DNA from: the human T2T-CHM13v2.0 reference genome, Homo sapiens | DNA: 64,000 nt | Assembly: GCF_009914755.1 (NCBI RefSeq) | Contig: NC_060925.1 | Direction: 5' to 3' (one strand) | Shown: piece after piece, positions 25,601 to 40,600 of the stretch | How the letters are laid out: each line of letters begins with the position of its first letter | Numbering within the stretch: the first letter of the stretch is position 1 | Position numbers and translations under genes: made by a program | The notes under the pieces: model-generated | The model's input: only the letters and a program-made list of their open reading frames with translations | Told to the model about the DNA's origin: nothing | The model's database searches: none

Positions 25601-28600
25601 ATGGAATCGAATGGTATCATTGAATGGAATCGAATGGAATCATCATCAGATGGAAATGAATGGAATCGTCATAGAATGGAATCGAATGGATTCATTGAAT
25701 GGAATCAGATGGAATCATCGAATGGACTGGAATGGAATCATTGAATGGACTCGAAAGAGATCATGATTGAATGGAATTGAATGGAATCATCGAATGGTCT
25801 CGATTGGAATCATTATCAAATGGAATCGAATGGAATCACCGAATAGAATCGAATGGAACAATCATCGAATGGACTCAAATGGAATTATCCTCCAATGGAA
25901 TCGAATGGAATTATCGAATGAAATCGAATGGAATTATCGAATGCAATCGAATAGAATCATCGAATGGACTCGAATGGAATCATCGAATGGAATGGAATGG
26001 AACAGTCAATGAACTCGAATGGAATCATCATTGAATGGAATCGAATGGAATCATCGAGTGGAATCGAATGGAATTATGATCAAATGGAATCGAATGTAAT
26101 CATCATCAAATGGAATCAAAAATAACCATCATCAATTGGTATTGAATGGAATTGTCATCAAATGGAATTCAAAGGAAACATCATCAAATGGAACCGAATG
26201 GAATCCTCATTGAATGGAAATGAAAGGGGTCATCATCTAATGGAATCGCATGGAATCATCATCAAATGGAATCGAATGGAATCATCATCAAATGGAATCT
26301 AATGGAATCATTGAACAGAATTGAATGGAATCGTCATCGAATGAATTGAATGCAATCATCGAATGGTCTCGAATGGAACCATCTTCTAATGGAAAGGAAT
26401 GGAATCATCGCATAGAATCGAATGGAATTATCATCGAATGGAATCGAATGGTATCAACACCAAACGGAAAAAAACGGAATTATCGAATGGAATCGAAGAG
26501 AATCTTCGAACGGACCCGAATGGAATCATCTAATGGAATGGAATGGAATAATCCATGGACTCGAATGCAATCATCATCGAATGGAATCGAATGGAATCAT
26601 CGAATGGACTCGAATGGAATAATCATTGAACGGAATCGAATGGAATCATCATCGGATGGAAACGAATGGAATCATCATCGAATGGAAATGAAAGGAGTCA
26701 TCATCTAATGGAATTGCATGGAATCATCATAAAATGGAATCGAATGGAATCAACATCAAATGGAATCAAATGGAATCATTGAACGGAATTGAATGGAATC
26801 GTCATCGAATGAATTGAATGCAATCATCGAATGGTCTCGAATGGAATCATCTTCAAATGGAATGGAATGGAATCATCGCATAGAATCGAATGAAATTATC
26901 ATCGAATGGAATCGAATGGAATCAACATCAAACGGAAAAAAACGGAATTATCGAATGGAATCGAAGAGAATCATCGAATGGACCCGAATGGAATCATCTA
27001 ATGGAATGGAATGGAATAATCCATGGACTCGAATGCAATCATCATCGAATGGAATCGAATGGAATCATCGAATGGACTCGAATGGAATAATCATTGAACG
27101 GAATCGAATGGAATCATCATCGGATGGAAATGAAAGGAGTCATCATCTAATGGAATTGCATGGAATCATCATAAAATGGAATCGAATGGAATCAACATCA
27201 AATGGAATCAAATGGAATCATTGAACGGAATTGAATGGAATCGTCATCGAATGAATTGAATGCAATCATCGAATGGTCTCGAATGGAATCATCTTCAAAT
27301 GGAATGGAATGGAATCATCGCATAGAATCGAATGGAATTATCATCGAATGGAATCGAATGGAATCAACATCAAACGGAAAAAAACGGAATTATCGAATGG
27401 AATCGAAGAGAATCATCGAATGGACCCGAATGGAATCATCTAATGGAATGGAATGGAATAATCCATGGACTCGAATGCAATCATCATCGAATGGAATCAA
27501 ATGGAATCATCGAATGGACTCGAATGGAATAATCATTGAACGGAATCGAATGGAATCATCATCGGATGGAAATGAATGGAATCATCATCGAATGGAATCG
27601 AATAGAATTATGGAATGAAATCCAGTGTGATCATCATCGAATGGACCCGAATGGAATCATCATCCAACGGATGCTAATGGAATCAACATCGAATGAATCA
27701 AATGGAAACACCATCGAATTGAAACGAATGGAATTACCATGAAATTGAAATGGATGGACTCATCATCGAATGGATTCGAAAGGAATCATCGAATAAAATT
27801 GATTGAAATCATCATCGAATGGAATCGAATGGTATCATTGAATGGAATCGAATGGAATCATCATCAGATGGAAATGAATGGAATCGTCATAGAATGGAAT
27901 CGAATGGATTCATTGAATGGAATCAGATGGAATCATCGAATGGACTGGAATGGAATCATTGAATGGACTCGAAAGAGATCATGATTGAATGGAATTGAAT
28001 GGAATCATCGAATGGTCTCGATTGGAATCATTATCAAATGGAATCGAATGGAATCACCGAATAGAATCGAATGGAACAATCATCGAATGGACTCAAATGG
28101 AATTATCCTCCAATGGAATCGAATGGAATTATCGAATGAAATCGAATGGAATTATCGAATGCAATCGAATAGAATCATCGAATGGACTCGAATGGAATCA
28201 TCGAATGGAATGGAATGGAACAGTCAATGAACTCGAATGGAATCATCATTGAATGGAATCGAATGGAATCATCGAGTGGAATCGAATGGAATTATGATCA
28301 AATGGAATCGAATGTAATCATCATCAAATGGAATCAAAAATAACCATCATCAATTGGTATTGAATGGAATTGTCATCAAATGGAATTCAAAGGAAACATC
28401 ATCAAATGGAACCGAATGGAATCCTCATTGAATGGAAATGAAAGGGGTCATCATCTAATGGAATCGCATGGAATCATCATCAAATGGAATCGAATGGAAT
28501 CATCATCAAATGGAATCTAATGGAATCATTGAACAGAATTGAATGGAATCGTCATCGAATGAATTGAATGCAATCATCGAATGGTCTCGAATGGAACCAT

Positions 28601-31600
28601 CTTCTAATGGAAAGGAATGGAATCATCGCATAGAATCGAATGGAATTATCATCGAATGGAATCGAATGGTATCAACACCAAACGGAAAAAAACGGAATTA
28701 TCGAATGGAATCGAAGAGAATCTTCGAAAGGACCCGAATGGAATCATCTAATGGAATGGAATGGAATAATCCATGGACTCGAATGCAATCATCATCGAAT
28801 GGAATCGAATGGAATCATCGAATGGACTCGAATGAAATAATCATTGAACGGAATCGAATGGAATCATCATCGGATGGAAACGAATGGAATCATCATCGAA
28901 TGGAAATGAAAGGAGTCATCATCTAATGGAATTGCATGGAATCATCATAAAATGGAATCGAATGGAATCAACATCAAATGGAATCAAATGGAATCATTGA
29001 ACGGAATTGAATGGAATCGTCATCGAATAAATTGAATGCAATCATCGAATGGTCTCGAATGGAATCATCTTCAAATGGAATGGAATGGAATCATCGCATA
29101 GAATCGAATGGAATTATCATCGAATGGAATCGAATGGAATCAACATCAAACGGAAAAAAACGGAATTATCGAATGGAATCGAAGAGAATCATCGAATGGA
29201 CCCGAATGGAATCATCTAATGGAATGGAATGGAATAATCCATGGACTCGAATGCAATCATCATCGAATGGAATCGAATGGAATCATCGAATGGACTCGAA
29301 TGGAATAATCATTGAACAGAATCGAATGGAATCATCATCGGATGGAAATGAAAGGAGTCATCATCTAATGGAATTGCATGGAATCATCATAAAATGGAAT
29401 CGAATGGAATCAACATCAAATGGAATCAAATGGAATCATTGAACGGAATTGAATGGAATCGTCATCGAATGAATTGAATGCAATCATCGAATGGTCTCGA
29501 ATGGAATCACCTTCAAATGGAATGGAATGGAATCATCGCATAGAATCGAATGGAATTATCATCGAATGGAATCGAATGGAATCAACATCAAACGGAAAAA
29601 AACGGAATTATCGAATGGAATCGAAGAGAATCATCGAATGGACCCGAATGGAATCATCTAATGGAATGGAATGGAATAATCCATGGACTCGAATGCAATC
29701 ATCATCGAATGGAATCGAATGGAATCATCCAATGGACTCGAATGGAATAATCATTGAACGGAATCGAATGGAATCATCATCGGATGGAAATGAATGGAAT
29801 CATCATCGAATGGAATCGAATAGAATTATGGAATGAAATCCAGTGTGATCATCATCGAATGGACCCGAATGGAATCATCATCCAACGGATGCTAATGGAA
29901 TCAACATCGAATGAATCAAATGGAAACACCATCGAATTGAAACGAATGGAATTACCATGAAATTGAAATGGATGGACTCATCATCGAATGGATTTGAAAG
30001 GAATCATCGAATAAAATTGATTGAAATCATCATCGAATGGAATCGAATGGTATCATTGAATGGAATCGAATGGAATCATCATCAGATGGAAATGAATGGA
30101 ATCGTCATAGAATGGAATCGAATGGATTCATTGAATGGAATCAGATGGAATCATCGAATGGACTGGAATGGAATCATTGAATGGACTCGAAAGAGATCAT
30201 GATTGAATGGAATTGAATGGAATCATCGAATGGTCTCGATTGGAATCATTATCAAATGGAATCGAATGGAATCACCGAATAGAATCGAATGGAACAATCA
30301 TCGAATGGACTCAAATGGAATTATCCTCCAATGGAATCGAATGGAATTATCGAATGCAATCGAATGGAATTATCGAATGCAAACGAATAGAATCATCGAA
30401 TGGACTCGAATGGAATCATCGAATGGAATGGAATGGAACAGTCAATGAACTCGAATGGAATCATCATTGAATGGAATCGAATGGAATCATCGAGTGGAAT
30501 CGAATGGAATTATGATCAAATGGAATCGAATGTAATCATCATCAAATGGAATCAAAAATAACCATCATCAATTGGTATTGAATGGAATTGTCATCAAATG
30601 GAATTCAAAGGAAACATCATCAAATGGAACCGAATGGAATCCTCATTGAATGGAAATGAAAGGGGTCATCATCTAATGGAATCGCATGGAATCATCATCA
30701 AATGGAATCGAATGGAATCATCATGAAATGGAATCTAATGGAATCATTGAACAGAATTGAATGGAATCGTCATCGAATGAATTGAATGCAATCATCGAAT
30801 GGTCTCGAATGGAACCATCTTCTAATGGAAAGGAATGGAATCATCGCATAGAATCGAATGGAATTATCATCGAATGGAATCGAATGGTATCAACACCAAA
30901 CGGAAAAAAACGGAATTATCGAATGGAATCGAAGAGAATCTTCGAACGGACCCGAATGGAATCATCTAATGGAATGGAATGGAATAATCCATGGACTCGA
31001 ATGCAATCATCATCGAATGGAATCGAATGGAATCATCGAATGGACTCGAATGGAATAATCATTGAACGGAATCGAATGGAATCATCATCGGATGGAAACG
31101 AATGGAATCATCATCGAATGGAAATGAAAGGAGTCATCATCTAATGGAATTGCATGGAATCATCATAAAATGGAATCGAATGGAAACAACATCAAATGGA
31201 ATCAAATGGAATCATTGAACGGAATTGAATGGAATCGTCATTGAATAAATTGAATGCAATCATCGAATGGTCTCGAATGGAATCATCTTCAAATGGAATG
31301 GAATGGAATCATCGCATAGAATCGAATGGAATTATCATCGAATGGAATCGAATGGAATCAACATCAAACGGAAAAAAACGGAATTATCGAATGGAATCGA
31401 AGAGAATCATCGAATGGAACCGAATGGAATCATCTAATGGAATGGAATGGAATAATCCATGGACTCGAATGCAATCATCATCGAATGGAATCGAATGGAA
31501 TCATCGAATGGACTCGAATGGAATAATCATTGAACAGAATCGAATGGAATCATCATCGGATGGAAATGAAAGGAGTCATCATCTAATGGAATTGCATGGA

Positions 31601-34600
31601 ATCATCATAAAATGGAATCGAATGGAATCAACATCAAATGGAATCAAATGGAATCATTGAACGGAATTGAATGGAATCGTCATCGAATGAATTGAATGCA
31701 ATCATCGAATGGTCTCGAATGGAATCATCTTCAAATGGAATGGAATGGAATCATCGCATAGAATCGAATGGAATTATCATCGAATGGAATCGAATGGAAT
31801 CAACATCAAACGGAAAAAAACGGAATTATCGAATGGAATCGAAGAGAATCATCGAATGGACCCGAATGGAATCATCTAATGGAATGGAATGGAATAATCC
31901 ATGGACTCGAATGCAATCATCATCGAATGGAATCGAATGGAATCATCCAATGGACTCGAATGGAATAATCATTGAACGGAATCGAATGGAATCATCATCG
32001 GATGGAAATGAATGGAATCATCATCGAATGGAATCGAATAGAATTATGGAATGAAATCCAGTGTGATCATCATCGAATGGACCCGAATGGAATCATCATC
32101 CAACGGATGCTAATGGAATCAACATCGAATGAATCAAATGGAAACACCATCGAATTGAAACGAATGGAATTACCATGAAATTGAAATGGATGGACTCATC
32201 ATCGAATGGATTTGAAAAGAATCATCGAATAAAATTGATTGAAATCATCATCGAATGGAATCGAATGGTATCATTGAATGGAATCGAATGGAATCATCAT
32301 CAGATGGAAATGAATGGAATCGTCATAGAATGGAATCGAATGGATTCATTGAATGGAATCAGATGGAATCATCGAATGGACTGGAATGGAATCATTGAAT
32401 GGACTCGAAAGAGATCATGATTGAATGGAATTGAATGGAATCATCGAATGGTCTCGATTGGAATCATTATCAAATGGAATCGAATGGAATCACCGAATAG
32501 AATCGAATGGAACAATCATCGAATGGACTCAAATGGAATTATCCTCCAATGGAATCGAATGGAATTATCGAATGCAATCGAATGGAATTATCGAAAGCAA
32601 ACGAATAGAATCATAGAATGGACTCGAATGGAATCATCGAATGGAATGGAATGGAACAGTCAATGAACTCGAATGGAATCATCATTGAATGGAATCGAAT
32701 GGAATCATCGAGTGGAATCGAATGGAATTATGATCAAATGGAATCGAATGTAATCATCATCAAATGGAATCAAAAATAACCATCATCAATTGGTATTGAA
32801 TGGAATTGTCATCAAATGGAATTCAAAGGAAATATCATCAAATGGAACCGAATGGAATCCTCATTGAATGGAAATGAAAGGGGTCATCATCTAATGGAAT
32901 CGCATGGAATCATCATCAAATGGAATCGAATGGAATCATCATGAAATGGAATCTAATGGAATCATTGAACAGAATTGAATGGAATCGTCATCGAATGAAT
33001 TGAATGCAATCATCGAATGGTCTCGAATGGAACCATCTTCTAATGGAAAGGAATGGAATCATCGCATAGAATCGAATGGAATTATCATCGAATGGAATCG
33101 AATGGTATCAACACCAAACGGAAAAAAACGGAATTATCGAATGGAATCGAAGAGAATCTTCGAACGGACCCGAATGGAATCATCTAATGGAATGGAATGG
33201 AATAATCCATGGACTCGAATGCAATCATCATCGAATGGAATCGAATGGAATCATCGAATGGACTCGAATGGAATAATCATTGAACGGAATCGAATGGAAT
33301 CATCATCGGATGGAAACGAATGGAATCATCATCGAATGGAAATGAAAGGAGTCATCATCTAATGGAATTGCATGGAATCATCATAAAATGGAATCGAATG
33401 GAATCAACATCAAATGGAATCAAATGGAATCATTGAACGGAATTGAATGGAATCGTCATCGAATGAATTGACTGCAATCATCGAATGGTCTCGAATGGAA
33501 TCATCTTCAAATGGAATGGAATGGAATCATCGCATAGAATCGAATGGAATTATCATCGAATGGAATCGAATGGAATCAACATCAAACGGAAAAAAACGGA
33601 ATTATCGAATGGAATCGAAGAGAATCATCGAATGGACCCGAATGGAATCATCTAATGGAATGGAATGGAATAATCCATGGACTCGAATGCAATCATCATC
33701 GAATGGAATCGAATGGAATCATCGAATGGACTCGAATGGAATAATCATTGAACGGAATCGAATGGAATCATCATCGGATGGAAATGAAAGGAGTCATCAT
33801 CTAATGGAATTGCATGGAATCATCATAAAATGGAATCGAATGGAATCAACATCAAATGGAATCAAATGGAATCATTGAACGGAATTGAATGGAATCGTCA
33901 TCGAATGAATTGAATGCAATCATCGAATGGTCTCGAATGGAATCATCTTCAAATGGAATGGAATGGAATCATCGCATAGAATCGAATGGAATTATCATCG
34001 AATGGAATCGAATGGAATCAACATCAAACGGAAAAAAACGGAATTATCGAATGGAATCGAAGAGAATCATCGAATGGACCCGAATGGTATCATCTAATGG
34101 AATGGAATGGAATAATCCATGGACTCGAATGCAATCATCATCGAATGGAATCAAATGGAATCATCGAATGGACTCGAATGGAATAATCATTGAACGGAAT
34201 CGAATGGAATCATCATCGGATGGAAATGAATGGAATCATCATCGAATGGAATCGAATAGAATTATGGAATGAAATCCAGTGTGATCATCATCGAATGGAC
34301 CCGAATGGAATCATCATCCAACGGATGCTAATGGAATCAACATCGAATGAATCAAATGGAAACACCATCGAATTGAAACGAATGGAATTACCATGAAATT
34401 GAAATGGATGGACTCATCATCGAATGGATTCGAAAGGAATCATCGAATAAAATTGATTGAAATCATCATCGAATGGAATCGAATGGTATCATTGAATGGA
34501 ATCGAATGGAATCATCATCAGATGGAAATGAATGGAATCGTCATAGAATGGAATCGAATGGATTCATTGAATGGAATCAGATGGAATCATCGAATGGACT

Positions 34601-37600
34601 GGAATGGAATCATTGAATGGACTCGAAAGAGATCATGATTGAATGGAATTGAATGGAATCATCGAATGGTCTCGATTGGAATCATTATCAAATGGAATCG
34701 AATGGAATCACCGAATAGAATCGAATGGAACAATCATCGAATGGACTCAAATGGAATTATCCTCCAATGGAATCGAATGGAATTATCGAATGCAATCGAA
34801 TGGAATTATCGAATGCAATCGAATAGAATCATCGAATGGACTCGAATGGAATCATCGAATGGAATGGAATGGAACAGTCAATGAACTCGAATGGAATCAT
34901 CATTGAATGGAATCGAATGGAATCATCGAGTGGAATCGAATGGAATTATGATCAAATGGAATCGAATGTAATCATCATCAAATGGAATCAAAAATAACCA
35001 TCATCAATTGGTATTGAATGGAATTGTCATCAAATGGAATTCAAAGGAAACATCATCAAATGGAACCGAATGGAATCCTCATTGAATGGAAATGAAAGGG
35101 GTCATCATCTAATGGAATCGCATGGAATCATCATAAAATGGAATCGAATGGAATCATCATGAAATGGAATCTAATGGAATCATTGAACAGAATTGAATGG
35201 AATCGTCATCGAATGAATTCAATGCAATCATCGAATGGTCTCGAATGGAACCATCTTCTAATGGAAAGGAATGGAATCATCGCATAGAATCGAATGGAAT
35301 TATCATCGAATGGAATCAAATGGTATCAACACCAAACGGAAAAAAACGGAATTATCGAATGGAATCGAAGAGAATCTTCGAACGGACCCGAATGGAATCA
35401 TCTAATGGAATGGAATGGAATAATCCATGGACTCGAATGCAATCATCATCGAATGGAATCGAATGGAATCATCGAATGGACTCGAATGGAATAATCATTG
35501 AACGGAATCGAATGGAATCATCATCGGATGGAAACGAATGGAATCATCATCGAATGGAAATGAAAGGAGTCATCATCTAATAGAATTGCATGGAATCATC
35601 ATAAAATGGAATCGAATGGAATCAACATCAAATGGAATCAAATGGAATCATTGAACGGAATTGAATGGAATCGTCATCGAATGAATTGACTGCAATCATC
35701 GAATGGTCTCGAATGGAATCATCTTCAAATGGAATGGAATGGAATCATCGCATAGAATCGAATGGAATTATCATCGAATGGAATCGAATGGAATCAACAT
35801 CAAACGGAAAAAAACGGAATTATCGAATGGAATCGAAGAGAATCATCGAATGGACCCGAATGGAATCATCTAATGGAATGGAATGGAATAATCCATGGAC
35901 TCCAATGCAATCATCATCGAATGGAATCGAATGGAATCATCGAATGGACTCGAATGGAATAATCATTGAACAGAATCGAATGGAATCATCATCGGATGGA
36001 AATGAAAGGAGTCATCATCTAATGGAATTGCATGGAATCATCATAAAATGGAATCGAATGGAATCAACATCAAATGGAATCAAATGGAATCATTGAACGG
36101 AATTGAATGGAATCGTCATCGAATGAATTGAATGCAATCATCGAATGGTCTCGAATGGAATCACCTTCAAATGGAATGGAATGGAATCATCGCATAGAAT
36201 CGAATGGAATTATCATCGAATGGAATCGAATGGAATCAACATCAAACGGAAAAAAACGGAATTATCGAATGGAATCGAAGAGAATCATCGAATGGACCCG
36301 AATGGAATCATCTAATGGAATGGAATGGAATAATCCATGGACTCGAATGCAATCATCATCGAATGGAATCGAATGGAATCATCCAATGGACTCGAATGGA
36401 ATAATCATTGAACGGAATCGAATGGAATCATCATCGGATGGAAATGAATGGAATCATCATCGAATGGAATCGAATAGAATTATGGAATGAAATCCAGTGT
36501 GATCATCATCGAATGGACCCGAATGGAATCATCATCCAACGGATGCTAATGGAATCAACATCGAATGAATCAAATGGAAACACCATCGAATTGAAACGAA
36601 TGGAATTACCATGAAATTGAAATGGATGGACTCATCATCGAATGGATTTGAAAGGAATCATCGAATAAAATTGATTGAAATCATCATCGAATGGAATCGA
36701 ATGGTATCATTGAATGGAATCGAATGGAATCATCATCAGATGGAAATGAATGGAATCGTCATAGAATGGAATCGAATGGATTCATTGAATGGAATCAGAT
36801 GGAATCATCGAATGGACTGGAATGGAATCATTGAATGGACTCGAAAGAGATCATGATTGAATGGAATTGAATGGAATCATCGAATGGTCTCGATTGGAAT
36901 CATTATCAAATGGAATCGAATGGAATCACCGAATAGAATCGAATGGAACAATCATCGAATGGACTCAAATGGAATTATCCTCCAATGGAATCGAATGGAA
37001 TTATCGAATGCAATCGAATGGAATTATCGAATGCAAACGAATAGAATCATCGAATGGACTCGAATGGAATCATCGAATGGAATGGAATGGAACAGTCAAT
37101 GAACTCGAATGGAATCATCATTGAATGGAATCGAATGGAATCATCGAGTGGAATCGAATGGAATTATGATCAAATGGAATCGAATGTAATCATCATCAAA
37201 TGGAATCAAAAATAACCATCATCAATTGGTATTGAATGGAATTGTCATCAAATGGAATTCAAAGGAAACATCATCAAATGGAACCGAATGGAATCCTCAT
37301 TGAATGGAAATGAAAGGGGTCATCATCTAATGGAATCGCATGGAATCATCATCAAATGGAATCGAATGGAATCATCATGAAATGGAATCTAATGGAATCA
37401 TTGAACAGAATTGAATGGAATCGTCATCGAATGAATTGAATGCAATCATCGAATGGTCTCGAATGGAACCATCTTCTAATGGAAAGGAATGGAATCATCG
37501 CATAGAATCGAATGGAATTATCATCGAATGGAATCGAATGGTATCAACACCAAACGGAAAAAAACGGAATTATCGAATGGAATCGAAGAGAATCTTCGAA

Positions 37601-40600
37601 CGGACCCGAATGGAATCATCTAATGGAATGGAATGGAATAATCCATGGACTCGAATGCAATCATCATCGAATGGAATCGAATGGAATCATCGAATGGACC
37701 CGAATGGAATAATCATTGAACGGAATCGAATGGAATCATCATCGGATGGAAACGAATGGAATCATCATCGAATGGAAATGAAAGGAGTCATCATCTAATG
37801 GAATTGCATGGAATCATCATAAAATGGAATCGAATGGAATCAACATCAAATGGAATCAAATGGAATCATTGAACGGAATTGAATGGAATCGTCATTGAAT
37901 AAATTGAATGCAATCATCGAATGGTCTCGAATGGAATCATCTTCAAATGGAATGGAATGGAATCATCGCATAGAATCGAATGGAATTATCATCGAATGGA
38001 ATCGAATGGAATCAACATCAAACGGAAAAAAACGGAATTATCGAATGGAATCAAAGAGAATCATCGAATGGAACCGAATGGAATCATCTAATGGAATGGA
38101 ATGGAATAATCCATGGACTCGAATGCAATCATCATCGAATGGAATCGAATGGAATCATCGAATGGACTCGAATGGAATAATCATTGAACAGAATCGAATG
38201 GAATCATCATCGGATGGAAATGAAAGGAGTCATCATCTAATGGAATTGCATGGAATCATCATAAAATGGAATCGAATGGAATCAACATCAAATGGAATCA
38301 AATGGAATCATTGAACGGAATTGAATGGAATCGTCATCGAATGAATTGAATGCAATCATCTAATGGTCTCGAATGGAATCATCTTCAAATGGAATGGAAT
38401 GGAATCATCGCATAGAATCGAATGGAATTATCATCGAATGGAATCGAATGGAATCAACATCAAACGGAAAAAAACGGAATTATCGAATGGAATCGAAGAG
38501 AATCATCGAATGGACCCGAATGGAATCATCTAATGGAATGGAATGGAATAATCCATGGACTCGAATGCAATCATCATCGAATGGAATCGAATGGAATCAT
38601 CCAATGGACTCGAATGGAATAATCATTGAACGGAATCGAATGGAATCATCATCGGATGGAAATGAATGGAATCATCATCGAATGGAATCGAATAGAATTA
38701 TGGAATGAAATCCAGTGTGATCATCATCGAATGGACCCGAATGGAATCATCATCCAACGGATGCTAATGGAATCAACATCGAATGAATCAAATGGAAACA
38801 CCATCGAATTGAAACGAATGGAATTACCATGAAATTGAAATGGATGGACTCATCATCGAATGGATTTGAAAGGAATCATCGAATAAAATTGATTGAAATC
38901 ATCATCGAATGGAATCGAATGGTATCATTGAATGGAATCGAATGGAATCATCATCAGATGGAAATGAATGGAATCGTCATAGAATGGAATCGAATGGATT
39001 CATTGAATGGAATCAGATGGAATCATCGAATGGACTGGAATGGAATCATTGAATGGACTCGAAAGAGATCATGATTGAATGGAATTGAATGGAATCATCG
39101 AATGGTCTCGATTGGAATCATTATCAAATGGAATCGAATGGAATCACCGAATAGAATCGAATGGAACAATCATCGAATGGACTCAAATGGAATTATCCTC
39201 CAATGGAATCGAATGGAATTATCGAATGCAATCGAATGGAATTATCGAATGCAAACGAATAGAATCATCGAATGGACTCGAATGGAATCATCGAATGGAA
39301 TGGAATGGAACAGTCAATGAACTCGAATGGAATCATCATTGAATGGAATCGAATGGAATCATCGAGTGGAATCGAATGGAATTATGATCAAATGGAATCG
39401 AATGTAATCATCATCAAATGGAATCAAAAATAACCATCATCAATTGGTATTGAATGGAATTGTCATCAAATGGAATTCAAAGGAAATATCATCAAATGGA
39501 ACCGAATGGAATCCTCATTGAATGGAAATGAAAGGGGTCATCATCTAATGGAATCGCATGGAATCATCATCAAATGGAATCGAATGGAATCATCATGAAA
39601 TGGAATCTAATGGAATCATTGAACAGAATTGAATGGAATCGTCATCGAATGAATTGAATGCAATCATCGAATGGTCTCGAATGGAACCATCTTCTAATGG
39701 AAAGGAATGGAATCATCGCATAGAATCGAATGGAATTATCATCGAATGGAATCGAATGGTATCAACACCAAACGGAAAAAAACGGAATTATCGAATGGAA
39801 TCGAAGAGAATCTTCGAACGGACCCGAATGGAATCATCTAATGGAATGGAATGGAATAATCCATGGACTCGAATGCAATCATCATCGAATGGAATCGAAT
39901 GGAATCATCGAATGGACTCGAATGGAATAATCATTGAACGGAATCGAATGGAATCATCATCGGATGGAAACGAATGGAATCATCATCGAATGGAAATGAA
40001 AGGAGTCATCATCTAATGGAATTGCATGGAATCATCATAAAATGGAATCGAATGGAATCAACATCAAATGGAATCAAATGGAATCATTGAACGGAATTGA
40101 ATGGAATCGTCATCGAATGAATTGACTGCAATCATCGAATGGTCTCGAATGGAATCATCTTCAAATGGAATGGAATGGAATCATCGCATAGAATCGAATG
40201 GAATTATCATCGAATGGAATCGAATGGAATCAACATCAAACGGAAAAAAACGGAATTATCGAATGGAATCGAAGAGAATCATCGAATGGACCCGAATGGA
40301 ATCATCTAATGGAATGGAATGGAATAATCCATGGACTCGAATGCAATCATCATCGAATGGAATCGAATGGAATCATCGAATGGACTCGAATGGAATAATC
40401 ATTGAACGGAATCGAATGGAATCATCATCGGATGGAAATGAAAGGAGTCATCATCTAATGGAATTGCATGGAATCATCATAAAATGGAATCGAATGGAAT
40501 CAACATCAAATGGAATCAAATGGAATCATTGAACGGAATTGAATGGAATCGTCATCGAATGAATTGAATGCAATCATCGAATGGTCTCGAATGGAATCAT